Shown here: positions 12,103 through 24,662 of the stretch, piece by piece | Layout of the letters: the number at the start of each line of letters is the position of its first letter | How positions within the stretch are numbered: position 1 is the stretch's first letter | Source of the DNA: Chiloscyllium plagiosum | Taxonomy: Eukaryota | DNA length: 51,412 nt | Direction: 5' to 3' | NCBI RefSeq assembly: GCF_004010195.1 | Contig: NC_057728.1 | Location: forward strand, 44,254,791-44,306,202 | Program-made: the position numbers and the translations under genes | The notes under the pieces: model-generated | Databases searched by the model: none | The model's input: the letters and a program-made list of their open reading frames with translations, nothing else | What the model was told of the DNA's origin: nothing

Positions 12103-15100
12103 AACGTTAGGGGATTCTGTAGTCAGAGGTACAGATAGACGTTTCTGTGGCCAGCAGAGAAAAAGCAGAATGGTGTGTTGTTTCCCTGGTGCCAGGATCA
12201 AGGATGTCTCAGAGAGGATGCAGAATGTTCTCACGGGGGAGAGGGGCCAGCAGGAGGTCATTGTCCACAGTGGAACCAACAACATTGGAAAGGAAAAGGA
12301 TGAGACTCTGAAGGGAGATTACAGAGAATTAGGCAAAAATGTAAAAAGGAGGTCCTCAAGGGTAGTAATATCTGGATTACTCCCAGTGCTACGAGCTAGT
12401 GAGGGCAGGAATAGGAGGATAGAGCAGATGAATGCATGGCTGAGGAGCTGGTGTATGGGAGAAGGATTCACATTTTTGGATCATTGGAACCTCTTTTGGG
12501 GTAGAAGTGACCTGTACAAGAAGGACGGATTGCACCTAAATTGGAAAGGGACGAATATACTGGCAGAGAAATTTGCTAGAATTGCTTGGGAGGATTTAAA
12601 CTAGTAAAGTGGGGGGGAAGGGACCCAGGGAGATAGTGAGGAAAGAGATCGATCTGAGACGGGTACAGCTGAGAACAGAAGTGAGTCAAACAGTCAGGGC
12701 AGGCAGGCACAAGGTAGCACTAATAAATTAAACTGCATTTATTTCAATGCAAGGGGAGTAACAGGGAAGGCAGATGTACTCAGGGCATGGTTAGGAACAT
12801 GAGACTGGGATATCATAGCAATTACAGAAACATGGCTCAGGGATGGGCAGGACTGGCAGCTTAATGTTTAAGGATACAAATGCTACAGGAAGGATAGAAA
12901 GGGAGGCAAGAGAGGAGGAGGAGTGGCATTTTTGATAAGGAATAGCATTCCAGCAGTGCTGAGGGAAGATATTCCCGGAAATACATCCAGGGAAGTTATT
13001 TGGGTGGAACTGAGAAATAAGAAAGGGATGATCACATTATTGGGATTGTATTATAGACCCCCCAATAGTCAGAGGGAAATTGAGAAACAAACTTGTAAGG
13101 AGATCTCAGCTATCTGTAAGAATAATAGGGTAGTTATGATAGGGGATTTTAACTTTCCAAACANNNNNNNNNNNNNNNNNNNNNNNNNNNNNNNNNNNNN
13201 NNNNNNNNNNNNNNNNNNNNNNNNNNNNNNNNNNNNNNNNNNNNNNNNNNNNNNNNNNNNNNNNNNNNNNNNNNNNNNNNNNNNNNNNNNNNNNNNNNNN
13301 NNNNNNNNNNNNNNNNNNNNNNNNNNNNNNNNNNNNNNNNNNNNNNNNNNNNNNNNNNNNNNNNNNNNNNNNNNNNNNNNNNNNNNNNNNNNNNNNNNNN
13401 NNNNNNNNNNNNNNNNNNNNNNNNNNNNNNNNNNNNNNNNNNNNNNNNNNNNNNNNNNNNNNNNNNNNNNNNNNNNNNNNNNNNNNNNNNNNNNNNNNNN
13501 NNNNNNNNNNNNNNNNNNNNNNNNNNNNNNNNNNNNNNNNNNNNNNNNNNNNNNNNNNNNNNNNNNNNNNNCAGCAAGGCGGTCTTTGTGTGGAGCCACA
13601 GAGAATGGGGAGATACTAAATGAATATTTTGCATCAGTATTTACTGTGGAAAAGGATATGGAAGATATAGACTGTAGGGAAATAGATGGTGACATCTTGC
13701 AAAATGTCCAGATTACAGAGGAGGAAATGCTGGATATCTTGAAATGGTTAAAGGTGGATAAATCCCCAGGACCTGATCAGGTGAACCCGCGAACTCTGTG
13801 GGAAGCTAGAGAAGTGATTGCTGGGCCTCTTGCTGAGATATTTGTATCATCGATAGTCACAGGTGAGGTGCTGGAAGGCTTGAGGTTGACAAACGTGGTG
13901 CCACTATTTAAGAACGGCGGTAAAGACAAGCCAGGGAACTATAGACCGGTGAGCCTGACCTCGGTGGTGGGCAAGTTGTTGCAGGGAATCCTGAGGGACA
14001 TGATGTACATGTATTTGGAAAGGCAAGGACTGATTCGGGATAGTCAACATGGTTTTGTGCGTGGGAAATCATGTCTCACAAACTTGATTGAGTTTTTTGA
14101 AGAAGTAACAAAGAAGATTGATGAGGGCAGAGCAGTAGATGTGATCTATATGGACTTCAGTAAGGCGTTCAACAAGGTTCCCCATGGGAGACTGATTAGC
14201 AAGATTTGATCTCATGGAATACAGGGAGAACTAGCCATTTGGATAAAGAACTTGCTCAAGGTAGAAGACAGAGGGTGGTAGAGGGTTGTTTTTCAGACTG
14301 GAGGCCTGTGACCAGTGGAGTGCCACAAGGATCAATGCTGAGTCCTCTACTTTTTGTCATCTACATAAATGATTTGGATGCGAGCATAAGAGGTACAGTT
14401 AGTAAGTTTGCAGATGACACCAAAATTGGAGATGTAGTGGACAGCGAAGAGGGTTACCTCAGATTACAACAGGATCTGGACCAGATGGGCCAATGGGCTG
14501 AGAAGTGGTAGATGGAGTTTAATTCAGATAAATGCGAGGTGCTGCATTTTGGGAAAGCAAATCTTAGCAGGACTTATACACTTAATGGCAATGTCCTAGG
14601 GAGTATTGCTGAACAAAGAGACCTTGGAATGCAGGTTCATAGCTCCTTGAAAGTGGAATCATAGGTAGATAGGATAGTGAAGAAGGTGTTTGGCATGATT
14701 TCCTTTATTGGTCAGAGTTTTGAGTACAGGAGTTGTGGGGTTAAGTTGCGGCTGTACAGGACATTGGTTAGGCCACTGTTGGAATATTGCGTGCAATTCT
14801 GGTCTCCTTCATATCGGAAAAATGTTGTGAAACTTGAAAGGGTTCAGAAAAGATTTACAAGGATGTTGCCAGGGTTGGAGGATCTGAGCTACAGGGAGAG
14901 GCTGAACAGGCTGGGGCTGATTTCCCTGCAGTGTCGGAGGCTGAGGGGTGACCTTATAGAGGTTTACAAAATTATGAGGGGCATGGATAGGATAAATAGA
15001 CAAAGTCTTTTCCCTGGGGTTGGGGAGTCCAGAAGTAGAGGCATAGGTTTAGGGTGAGAGGGGAAAGATATAAAAGAGACCTAAGGGGCAACGTTTTCAC

Positions 15101-15217
15101 GCAGAAGGTGGTACGTGTATGGAATGAGCTGCCAGAGGATGTGTTGGAGGCTGGTACAATTGCAACATTTAAGAGGCATTTCGATGGGTATATAAATAGG
15201 AAGGGTTTGGAGGGATA
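12103..15217 (+). mobile_element. Second, better-preserved CR1 copy nested in the first: ORF1 esterase plus ORF2, 3' tail missing
   Basis: Restarts at ORF1 (LGDSVVRGTDRRFCG...HSGTNN...KDGLHLN, SGNH motifs), then APE and RT to near the 3' UTR. Interrupted by the N gap. Confidence 0.92.
13164..13571. other. Assembly gap (408 N)
   Basis: Run of n characters. Confidence 1.
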
Positions 15218-16262
15218 AGGTCCAAGGGAGTGTTACTGAGCAAAGAGACCTTGGAGTGTAGGTTCATAGCTTCTTGAAACTAAAGTTGCAGGTAGATAGG
15301 ACAGTAAAGAAGGCATTTGATATGCTTTTGTTTATTGGTCAGAGTATTGAGTAAGGAGTTGGGAGGTCATGTTGCAGTTGTACATGACATTTGTTATGCC
15401 ACTTTTGGAATATTGCATGCAATTCTGGTCTGCTTTCAGTTGGAAGGATATTGTGGAACTTAAAAAAATTCAGAAAAGATTTACAAGGATGTTGCCAAGG
15501 TTGCAGGATTTGAGCTGTCGGGAGAGGTTGAATAGACTAGGACGGTTTTTCCTGAAGCATCGGAGGCTGAGAGGTGACCTTATAGAGGTTTATACAATCA
15601 TGAGGGGCATTCTTGATTCCCTCAGTGTGGAAACAGGCCCTTCGGCCCAACTAGTCCACACCGACCCTCCGAACAGTAACCCACCCAGGCCCATTTCCCT
15701 CTGACTAATGTACCTAGCACTATGGGCAATTTAGCATAGCCAATTCACCTAATCTGCACATCTTTGGATTGTGGGAGGAAACCAGAGCACCCGGAGGAAA
15801 CCCACGCAGACACAGGAAGAATGTGCAAACTCCAAACAGACAGTCACCTAAGGCTGGAATCGAACCTGGGACCGTGAGGCAGCAGTGCTAACCACTGAGC
15901 CACTGTGCCAGCGTAGTTAGGATAAATAGACAAAGTCTTTTCCCTGGGGTAGGGTAATCCAGAACTAAAGGGCATGGGTTTAGAGTGAGAGGGGAAAGAT
16001 ATAAAAAAGACCTAAGGGGCAACCTTTTAATGCAGAAGGTGGTATGTGTATGGAATGAGCTGCCAGAGGAAGTGGTGGAGGCTGGTACAATTGCAACATT
16101 TAAAAGGCATCTGGTGGTTAGATGAATTGGAAGGTTTTGAAGGGATATTGGCCAGTTGCTGGCAGGTGGGACTAGATTGGGTTGGAATTTCTGGTCAGTA
16201 TGGGCGACTTGGACTGAAGGGTCTGTTTCCGTGCTATACTTCTCTATGACTCTATGACTCTA
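15218..16262 (+). mobile_element. CR1 3' part, probably the continuation of the outer copy, interrupted by an HE1 SINE
   Basis: RT C-terminus (PLLEYCMQFWS, RRLRGDLIE), 3' UTR and a (ctatgact)n tail at 16244-16262. Confidence 0.9.
15611..15912 (-). mobile_element. HE1 SINE inserted in CR1
   Basis: Reverse-complement HE1 head, V domain and tail. The CR1 sequence gaggggcat|...ggataaatagac is split around it. Confidence 0.92.
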
Positions 16263-16598
16263 AATGCATCCGGCCTGATGGTAGAAGGATCCTCTGACCA
16301 ACAGCGCCCCCACTCCTGCCTGAATGCATTGAGACCTAGCCCCAACCTACTTTCAAACACGGTTATTCATTTGAGTACACATCCAATGTATTTGCTGTGA
16401 TGGCAGCTGGCATATTCTGTTGATGTTAAAGTGACATCTTAGTGTGGCATTCAGCAAGATGATTCCCCTCACCATTCAAATAAGCATGACAAGCAGCCTG
16501 TCTGTGTGTCTGTGCAAAACAACACGTCAATACTCTATGGAAGTCCTGCAAGTGTGCAGGTAGAGCATTAAGAGAGCAAGCAATCAGTCCAGAGGCGG

Positions 16599-16842
16599 AA
16601 CAAAATGGAAATTGTTCGAAAAGCTCAGCCAGTCACACAGCATCTGTTGAGAGAAATCAGAGTTAACGTTTCAGGCCCGGTGACCCTTCCTCAGAATTTC
16701 CTCCGTTCTGAAAAAGTGTCACTAGACCTGAAACGTTAACTCTGATTTCTCTTCACAGATGCTGCCAGACCTGCTGAGCTTTGCTAGCAACTTCTGTTTT
16801 TGTTTCTGATTTACACCATTCGCAAATCTTTTGGTTTTTATT
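16599..16842. mobile_element. Penelope-derived fold-back insertion (CTGAGGA family) with back-to-back hammerhead motifs
   Basis: Antisense arm with a hammerhead at 16662-16697 (-), a 7-nt spacer, then a sense arm with a hammerhead at 16705-16740 (+, G8>A) and the tail. Confidence 0.8.
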
Positions 16843-17239
16843 TCGCCCAGAGATATAGCCTCATCCAACCTGTGAGCTGGGTGCCTTTTTGTACGTACAA
16901 ATTGTTCTTGTTTCTGAATCCTACGCTAGCTGCCAATGCATTCTGCAATGCAAGTCTGCACTTCCAAAATGGCCTGCAAGTGGGTTGGAAAGGGACCATG
17001 ATGATCATGTGTGACCATTGGTGCCTGTGGATCATGCCCTGAGATGCTGTTTGGTTCTGAGCAGCATGGGAGCTCTTTGTAGCCTGCTGTGAGTGGAAAT
17101 CGCCAGGTACCAACTCTGACTTCCAGGACAAGAATTCTCAATGTCTGACTGGTCTAGTGCATTTGGTATGATAGGAATGTTGAAAAGGAGAGGAGCAGTG
17201 TTAATGAGATGTTTAACAAGCTGTAATATTCTTTAATTT

Positions 17240-17460
17240 CTTAATATCTGTGGAATTTGTTACTCCAAAGTGTGATGGATGCTGGGACAGTAAATTTAAG
17301 GAGGAGCTAGATAGATTTTTAATCGGTAATGGGTTGAAGGGATGTGGAGAGAAGGCAGGGAAATGGGAGTGAAGAGCATATCAGCCATGATCAAACAGCG
17401 GAGTAGACTTGATGGGCTGAATAGTCTAATTCTGCTTCGATATCTTATGAATTTATGAAC
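17240..17460 (+). mobile_element. CR1 3'-end fragment
   Basis: tctgtggaattt...tagatagatttttaatc...atcagccatgatc...gatgggctgaatagtctaattctgct...tcttatga. Confidence 0.85.
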
Positions 17461-18394
17461 TAATTGGCAACTTGCTGTTATTGACTTAGAAGCACAATTC
17501 AACTCTCAGCTAAAGCACAGAAGATGTAATGATATACTCCTGACAACAAGATAGACCTCATGGGACTTCTCCTTCACTTATGTCCAAATCTTGTCATTGC
17601 CCACATTGCTCACACACCCACAAGATTCTCCCATTAAATCTAAATTAGGACATGTAAACTCAGGAAGCACAAATTACTTTTAAATGATGCATGGGCAGTG
17701 AACTAAAGATTGGTAAATAAGAGATAAATGATGTACAAAAAGAGCTAAAGAGATTATTTTTTAAAATTTGCAGAAAAAAATCCAAACTTGTGAAATTGTA
17801 TTTCCGATGCAGAACTGAAATAATATAATGGTTTTCATTACAAATATAACTTATACCTGTATGAAGCTTTTCTAACTTTCTAACATTTTCTACTATTTTC
17901 AATTATTAAGGCTTAATTACAGTAACTTCACATGCTTATTTTGATTTTAATGCTAAATGTGTCAATGACATCCTGTGGAGGACCAGGATAACTTGGACAG
18001 TAATTTCTTGATTCCTGCATTTAAATTTACAAGTACATTCAATATCTGGAGATTGGTGATCAACCTTCACTATATTATGTGAATTCCAAATTTGAGCCAT
18101 TTATTAAACAGTAATGAAATGTATAATTTGTTGAAATTTGTTTTAAGATGTATTTTTGTTCCAGTATTACTTTCACTGTTAACCAGATGGTTCACTTTCA
18201 GTGTGCTTTTTGCTTTCCTGGAATATAAGTTGGCATCGAATTAAACAGGAAAAAAAATCAGATTCTGATGGGGATAATAACAAGCTTTCATGAAGTATGT
18301 AGGGTAACTACATGAGAAGTTTGATGTTTTTGACATCAGAGTTAATCTGTGCTGATTGAAGAAAGGAAAAGACCACAGAGTTAGTAATTCAAAA

Positions 18395-21300
18395 TTTAAA
18401 TAGAGAATGACTACAGAAAGCAACAGAACACAGGGATTTGGGAATCTTCATTCATGAGTCACAAAAAGTTGACATCCAAGCTCGGCAGGCATTGAAGGAA
18501 GCCCAGTGAAGTTTCATTAGGTTAATAAGAGTTATGCAGGTCTAAAGAGAAGCTGTTGGGTAGATTGGGTCTGTTCTTGTTGGAACATAGAAGAATGAGA
18601 AGTGACCTCAATGTGCAGGTGGATTGGAGAAATCAGGTTGGTAGTGGATCCCATGGAAAAATTTGTGGAATGTCTACGAGATGACTTTTTGGATCAGCTT
18701 GTGGTAGAGCCTACTTGAGAATAGGGCGTTCTGAATTTTTTGATTTATAATGAGCAGATTGATGAGGAAGCTAAAGGTGAAGGAAACCCTAGGGGGCAGT
18801 GACCATAAACTTCACCCTGCAATTTGGGAGGGAGAGCTGGAATCAGATGTAATGGTATAACAATTGAGTAAATGTAACAATAAAAACACAAGGGAGGAGC
18901 TGCTCAGAGTTGATTAGAAGGGGAAGCTAGCTGAGAAGATGGTGGACCAGCAATGGTGGGAGCTTCTGAGGATAATTTAAGCCACAATCAAAAGTCATCC
19001 CAGGAAGAAGAATCATGCAAAGGGGAGGATGAGGCATCCATGGCTGACAAGGGAAGTCAGCAACAGCATAAAAGGAAAAGAAAAATAATTAAACATGGTG
19101 AAAATAAATGGAAACCAGAAGATTTGGAAGCCCTTAAAAACCAGCAGAGGACAACTAAAAAAAGAATAAGAGAGGAGAAGGTGAAGGAAGTAAGATAAAA
19201 AAAAATTGCAAGAGTATTTTTGGATATGCAAAAGGAAAGAGAGAGGCAAGAGTGGACATTGGACCACTGGAAAATAAGGCTGGAGAAGTAGCAATAGGGA
19301 ACAAAGAAATGGTGGATGAACTGAATAGATACTTTGTATCAGTCTTCACAATATAGAACTTCAAGGGAGTCAGGGGCAGAGGTGTGTATAGTGGCCATCA
19401 CGGAGATAATGCTGGGGAAGCTGAAAGATCTGAAGGTGGATAAGTAACTTGGAACCAGATGGACAACACCACAGGTATCTGAAAGAGATATCTGAGGAGA
19501 TACTGGGGCATTGGTGCTGATTTTTCAGGAATCATTGGAGTCAATCCAAGATGACTGGAAAATCATTGATGTAATACTCCTGCTTAAGAAGGAAGGGAGG
19601 TAGAAGATGGGAAATAATAGGTCAGTTAGCCTGACCTCGGTTGTTGTTAAGGAGGAGATTGCGGGTACTTGGAAGTGCATGGTAAAATAGGGCTGAGTCA
19701 GCATGGTTTCATCAAGGGGAAGTCATGCTTGACAAATCTGTTAGAATTCTTTGAGGAGTTAAGCAGCAATTTAGACAAAGATGAGGCAGTGGACATGATC
19801 TATTTAGATTTCCAGAAGGCCTTTGACAAGATGCTGCACAAGAGGCCATTAAATAAGGTAACCACCCATGGTGTTAGGGACAAGTAACTGGTATAGATAG
19901 AGGATTGGCTGACTGTCAGAAGGCAGAGAGTGGGAATAAAGAGTTTTTTTCAGCATGGTAACTAGTGGAGCTTGCAGGGGTCAGTCTGAGGACTACAACC
20001 ATTCACGTGATATATTAACAATCTGGATGATAGTACTAAGGGCATTGTTGCTAAATTTGCAGATGACACAAAGATAGGTGGAGGGACAGGTAATATTGAG
20101 GAGGCAGGAAGGCTGAAAGAGTGAGTAAAGGAGTAACAGATGAGATGCATTGTGAGAAAATGTGAAATTATGCACATTAATAAGAAGAATAGAAGTATAG
20201 ACTATTTTCTAAACAGGGGAAAAGCTTCAGAAATCTGAAGCACAAAGGGAGTTGGAAGTCCTAGTTCAGGATTCTCTGAAGGTTAAAATGAAGGTTCAAT
20301 TGGCAATTAGGAAGGCAAATACAATGTTGACATTCATTTCAAAAGGGCTACAACACAAGAGCAGAGATGTACTGCCGGGGCTGCATTAGGCTCTGCGCAG
20401 ACCGCATTTGGAAATTTCTGAGTCCTGTACCTAAGGAAGGATGTGCTGACCTTGGAGATAGTCTCAAGGAGGTTTACAAGCATGATCCCAGGGATGAAGG
20501 GCTTGCCATATGAGGACCAGTGAAGCTTCTGGGTTTGTACGCAATGGAGTTTAGAAGGATGAGGGGAGATCTTATTGAAACTTACAGAATTCTAAGAGGC
20601 CTTGATAGAGTGGATGTGGAGGAGATGCTTCCAGTAATAGGAGAGACTTGGACCCGAGGGCACAGACTCAGAGTGAAAGGACGATCCTTTAGAATTGAGA
20701 TGAAGAGGAATTACTTCAGTCAGAGGGTAGTGAATCTGTGGAACCTATTGCCAGAGAAGGTTTTGGAGGCCAAGTCATTGAGTGTATTTAAGACAGAGAT
20801 AGATTGTTTCTTGCTTAGTAAGGGGATCAAGGGTTACGTGGTGAAAACAAGAGAATGAGAAACATATCAGTCGTGATCAAACGGTCTAATGGTCTAATTC
20901 TGCTCCTATATTTATGGTCTTATAGATTTTAATAAATCAAACAGAACTTGACATGGTAGAAATCTTAAAGGTTGTTTCACTGTGGTGAAGAGTATAGGAG
21001 CAGAGGGAACTTCTCAAAATAAGATAACAAGATATCTCATATAAGATAGAGATGAGGAGGATTTTTTTCTCTCAGAGTGTTGCAAACCTGTGGAATTCTT
21101 TACCACAGAAAGCTGTAGAGGCTGTATCAATAAGTATATTCAGTGAGAGGGTAGATTTTTAATCAATAAGGGAATCAAGGGTTATAGAGAAAAGGCAGGA
21201 AAGTGGAGTTGAGGATTATTAGATCATCCATGATCCCATTGAATGGTACAGCAGACTTGATGGGCTGAATAGCCTACTTCTGCTCCTATATTTCATGGTC
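18395..21300 (+). mobile_element. Old CR1 3' fragment (about 18395-18610 and 20924-21300) split by a second CR1
   Basis: RT C-terminal sequence up to agaagaatgagaagtgacctc resumes after 20923 and ends in a second 3' UTR and tail. Confidence 0.75.
18604..20923 (+). mobile_element. CR1 LINE ORF2 (APE C-terminus to RT) and tail, of a different subfamily from the HER1-like copies
   Basis: Motifs SQHGFIKGKSCLTNLLEFFE, YLDFQKAFDK, KFADDTK and RRMRGDLIETY, followed by a tatggtcttat tail. Many lesions. Confidence 0.92.
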
Positions 21301-22740
21301 ACACGCTGCAGTGTCTGATTTTTAAATCAAGTGCCTTTGACTGTGGCTGAAATGTTCAGCAAGATTTGTCAAAGAATATACCATGTTATTCTGCAATTTG
21401 TTTTGCAAATGTAGGTTCTTCAGTCTTCTGTGATGTTGATTCACCTAAACCTAACTTTACTCCTATCATAAAGAAATTTCAAGCTTTAAATTGTTTCTCA
21501 TAAGTGCAAACTATTTCTGCGTTAGCAATCTATTATCATTCATTTACTTTGTTTTATTTCAGTATTTGCCCAAACCCATTTTCAAAGCTTCCTATTTGAA
21601 GAAAGACCATCAGCTACTTTTTTTTACTGATTGCCTTAAACGCATATAAGAACTATAAACGTCAGCCTTATCGACCTCTTTTAATATGGAAATTTCATTA
21701 AACTGCTTTGCACTTGTGATTGAATAGCAGTTTTCAAGAGTGTTAATGTTTTATTATATTGCGGTGAAAGAAAAAGAATTATCCCTAAAAACTGTAGAAT
21801 TTAAATATTTCCATGATGTTTCAGTCAACTACGAACTGCACGGATCAAATTCTGGTGACAAGCAATCTTTCAACAGCAGCCAATTGCATCCATTTAAAAC
21901 TTGCAATGAGTTAGAAGTAAGAATTAGATATTCAAGGAATGTTCTAAGTCTTCAGCCTTCATATTTGAAGCCTGAAGCTTCCCTACAAATACATTTTGTA
22001 AGATTAGTAAATACAATGATTTAAAAAAATGTTGAAATTGTACAGTATTTTTGATTGTATTAATCTGAATGAATACTGCCCCAGGTTACATTTTGTGACA
22101 AGTAATGAATAGAAATTGCCAGCTGACCCGGTCAAATGCCTTTTTGTTATTCAAAGAGATTACAGGATATCTTACTCAGATTAATTACTATTATTATTGT
22201 ACTTAATATCAAATAGTCAATAGTTTCTATTGACTGCCGTCTCTTGATAAAGTGGCAGATCTAATGAAATAGTTTGACAATTATTATCTCTAGGCTTTTG
22301 ACCAATATATTTTGAAATTAAAACTTTTTATTAATTTTTTTTTTAAAGAAATCATTCTACATTGGTGATTACAATGAGAGTGCTTCAACTATAGTCTTTT
22401 TATATACAACTCTACTAATATGTCAAGATGAACTGTTAACTTGCCTTTCCTTCAATCAAAATCATGAGGTTCATCATTAGGACCAGTTGTCCATTAACTT
22501 CAGTTCCTCCACCAAGATGGCTAATCTGTAAACATAAAATAACACTACATCAGTACTATGTGACATGTTCTAAGTAGAAGGACCAATTATAGATTGTCTC
22601 CTCTGAAAAAAAAGCAATGTCGTTTTGATCTTTTTGATGAATTTTGAACATTTTTAATCACTCAGTCTTGTGTTCTCCATAGCAACACTTAACTCAATCA
22701 GGACCCACTTATCAATCATTCAACATCCTCTTCTTATGTA

Positions 22741-23076
22741 GCATGCCTAGTGTTATTATCAGTAAGCTACTAATCCAGAGACCCACCTAATGTCCTGGAG
22801 ACCTCGGTTCAAATCTTACTATGGAATTTGAATTTGATTAAAAAAGAAGTTTCAGGCATTTAGAGTCTAATGATTTTTTTTGGGGAGAAAAGATCAACTA
22901 CTGCATTGATGTCCTTTAGGGAAGGAAATCTGCTATCCTTACCTGGTCTGGCCTAAATATGACTCCAGACCCACAGCAATGTGGTTGACTCTTATGATCC
23001 TCTAGTTTATTAGGACAGGGCAATGAATGTAGGCCTGGCCACCAATGTCTCCCTCTTGTGAATTTAACAAAAAAAT
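22741..23076 (+). mobile_element. tRNA-derived shark SINE (non-HE1 family)
   Basis: B-box-like ggttcaaatc, the central gtcctttagggaaggaaatctgc..ccttacctggtctggcct and an A-rich end. Related copies at 29218-29670 and 34766-35000. Confidence 0.8.
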
Positions 23077-24284
23077 AGATTTTTGTTCCCTTTGGAATTC
23101 TTGCAATTATGTTGTGATGAGTGCAGGACAAAAAAAAATTAAACAGTTTATTTCAGTAATGTGCGCTATGCTTGTTGCAATTGCTACACCAACAAAATTT
23201 GGGTCTGACCCATACTTATGATTCTTTTATAAATCTGGAGAATATCTCTATCTCTTGTAAGGAAAATTTGTGACAGTTTTCTATTTTAATTTTTTTCCAT
23301 TTATTTTCCCTTATTATTTAAGAAAATAAAATACATGGTAGGATATATTCTATGGTTGCTGTCAGCCTTCTAGACTATTATGTTTAACCTTGAGTAATGA
23401 ATACCCATGGTGGACATCATAACTAAACTTAACATTGACGGGCTCCAATACCTATGTCCTTGTGCTTTCGTTCAAAGTTATCAGATACCAATCTAGAATG
23501 TTGTGATTAATTGTATGTCTGGGATTACCACCTCAGCTGAAATCAGTTAACTGAATGCTTCAGCCTTTGTTTATGTATATGATCCAGTGAGGAATATATA
23601 TTATATTTATCGTTGTACCTTTGAGAAAGCAATGGGTGCAATTTGTGAGGACTTTTTTTATGGTTAGTGGATTGAAGCTTAGCATCTACTTTTCAATTAA
23701 CTTTATCAAAGTTTATGTATGTTTGGAAATAACTATCCTATTTTTGATTCCAAAGCAGCCAAATGTGCCCACATAATATTCCTTTCTTGTTTCCCTCATG
23801 ACCATTTAGTTAGCATCTGGGATAAATTTGATTTATGAACAAGGTGTCTTTAATTGGCAAGGGGATTTTACTTTGCCAACCTAACATTTTGGGGATCAGT
23901 GTCAGACCTCTATTGTGGTTTAGATCAAGGAGACAGGAATGTGCTCTGGGGTGGTCATGCAGCCATCTTTCACTTTCTGCTGTATAAATTGTGTACAATT
24001 AATGGGGAAAGAAATAATCAATTTTAGATTAGAATCATGCAGGATGTGGTAGCATGCGAATTATTTGCCTTGGGCATGTGTATGTCCACTTCATAACCAC
24101 AATCCTCTGTTGGTATTTAGAGTTTGCACTGAATTATTGGAATGGTGCCTCACTCATGAGTGGAAGTTGGGTACTGAAAGTTACTTCTTATCATTCTATG
24201 AAGTAGACTGCTAATAGTGCATAAAGAAATGTACGCATGTATATTGTGGATATTATAGACATTTTGATTATATGCTCCCGAGTT

Positions 24285-24662
24285 TCGGTTGGCTCAATTT
24301 TAAACTCTCTGTTCTCCAAATCAGCAGGTTATGATTTCAAGCATCATCAAAAGACATTAAGCCAGGCAGAGAAGTTTTCGTTTGAATGAGATGTCAAACT
24401 GAGGCCAAGCCTAACTGTGCCTGTCCCTTAAGCATATATTAAAAATGTCATGGCATTATTGAAAGGTAGGACATTTACTTTGTTCCTCAAACATTATTCC
24501 TCAACTGATGCCTGCATGCAGAAACTCGCAGTGTGAAAACTGGCTGCAGTGTCTGCCTGCATAACAAGGGGGACTCCACTTGGTAAGGAATTCATTGTGT
24601 ATGAAGTGCTTCAAGATGTTTCTGGGATTTGATGATGTGCTATATAAATGCAAGCTTTTTCT
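24285..24662 (+). mobile_element. Degenerate DeuSINE (SacSINE1-like)
   Basis: Deu-domain-like gaatgagatgtcaaactgaggcc...aaaatgtcatggcattattgaa and the L2-type tail gtgctatataaatgcaagc. Confidence 0.65.

Noticed and set aside
12923..14209. 428-aa ORF as an intact LINE ORF2
   Set aside because: Its length depends on 408 Ns, and stops and frameshifts flank it (for example tga at 12800 and tag at 14509).
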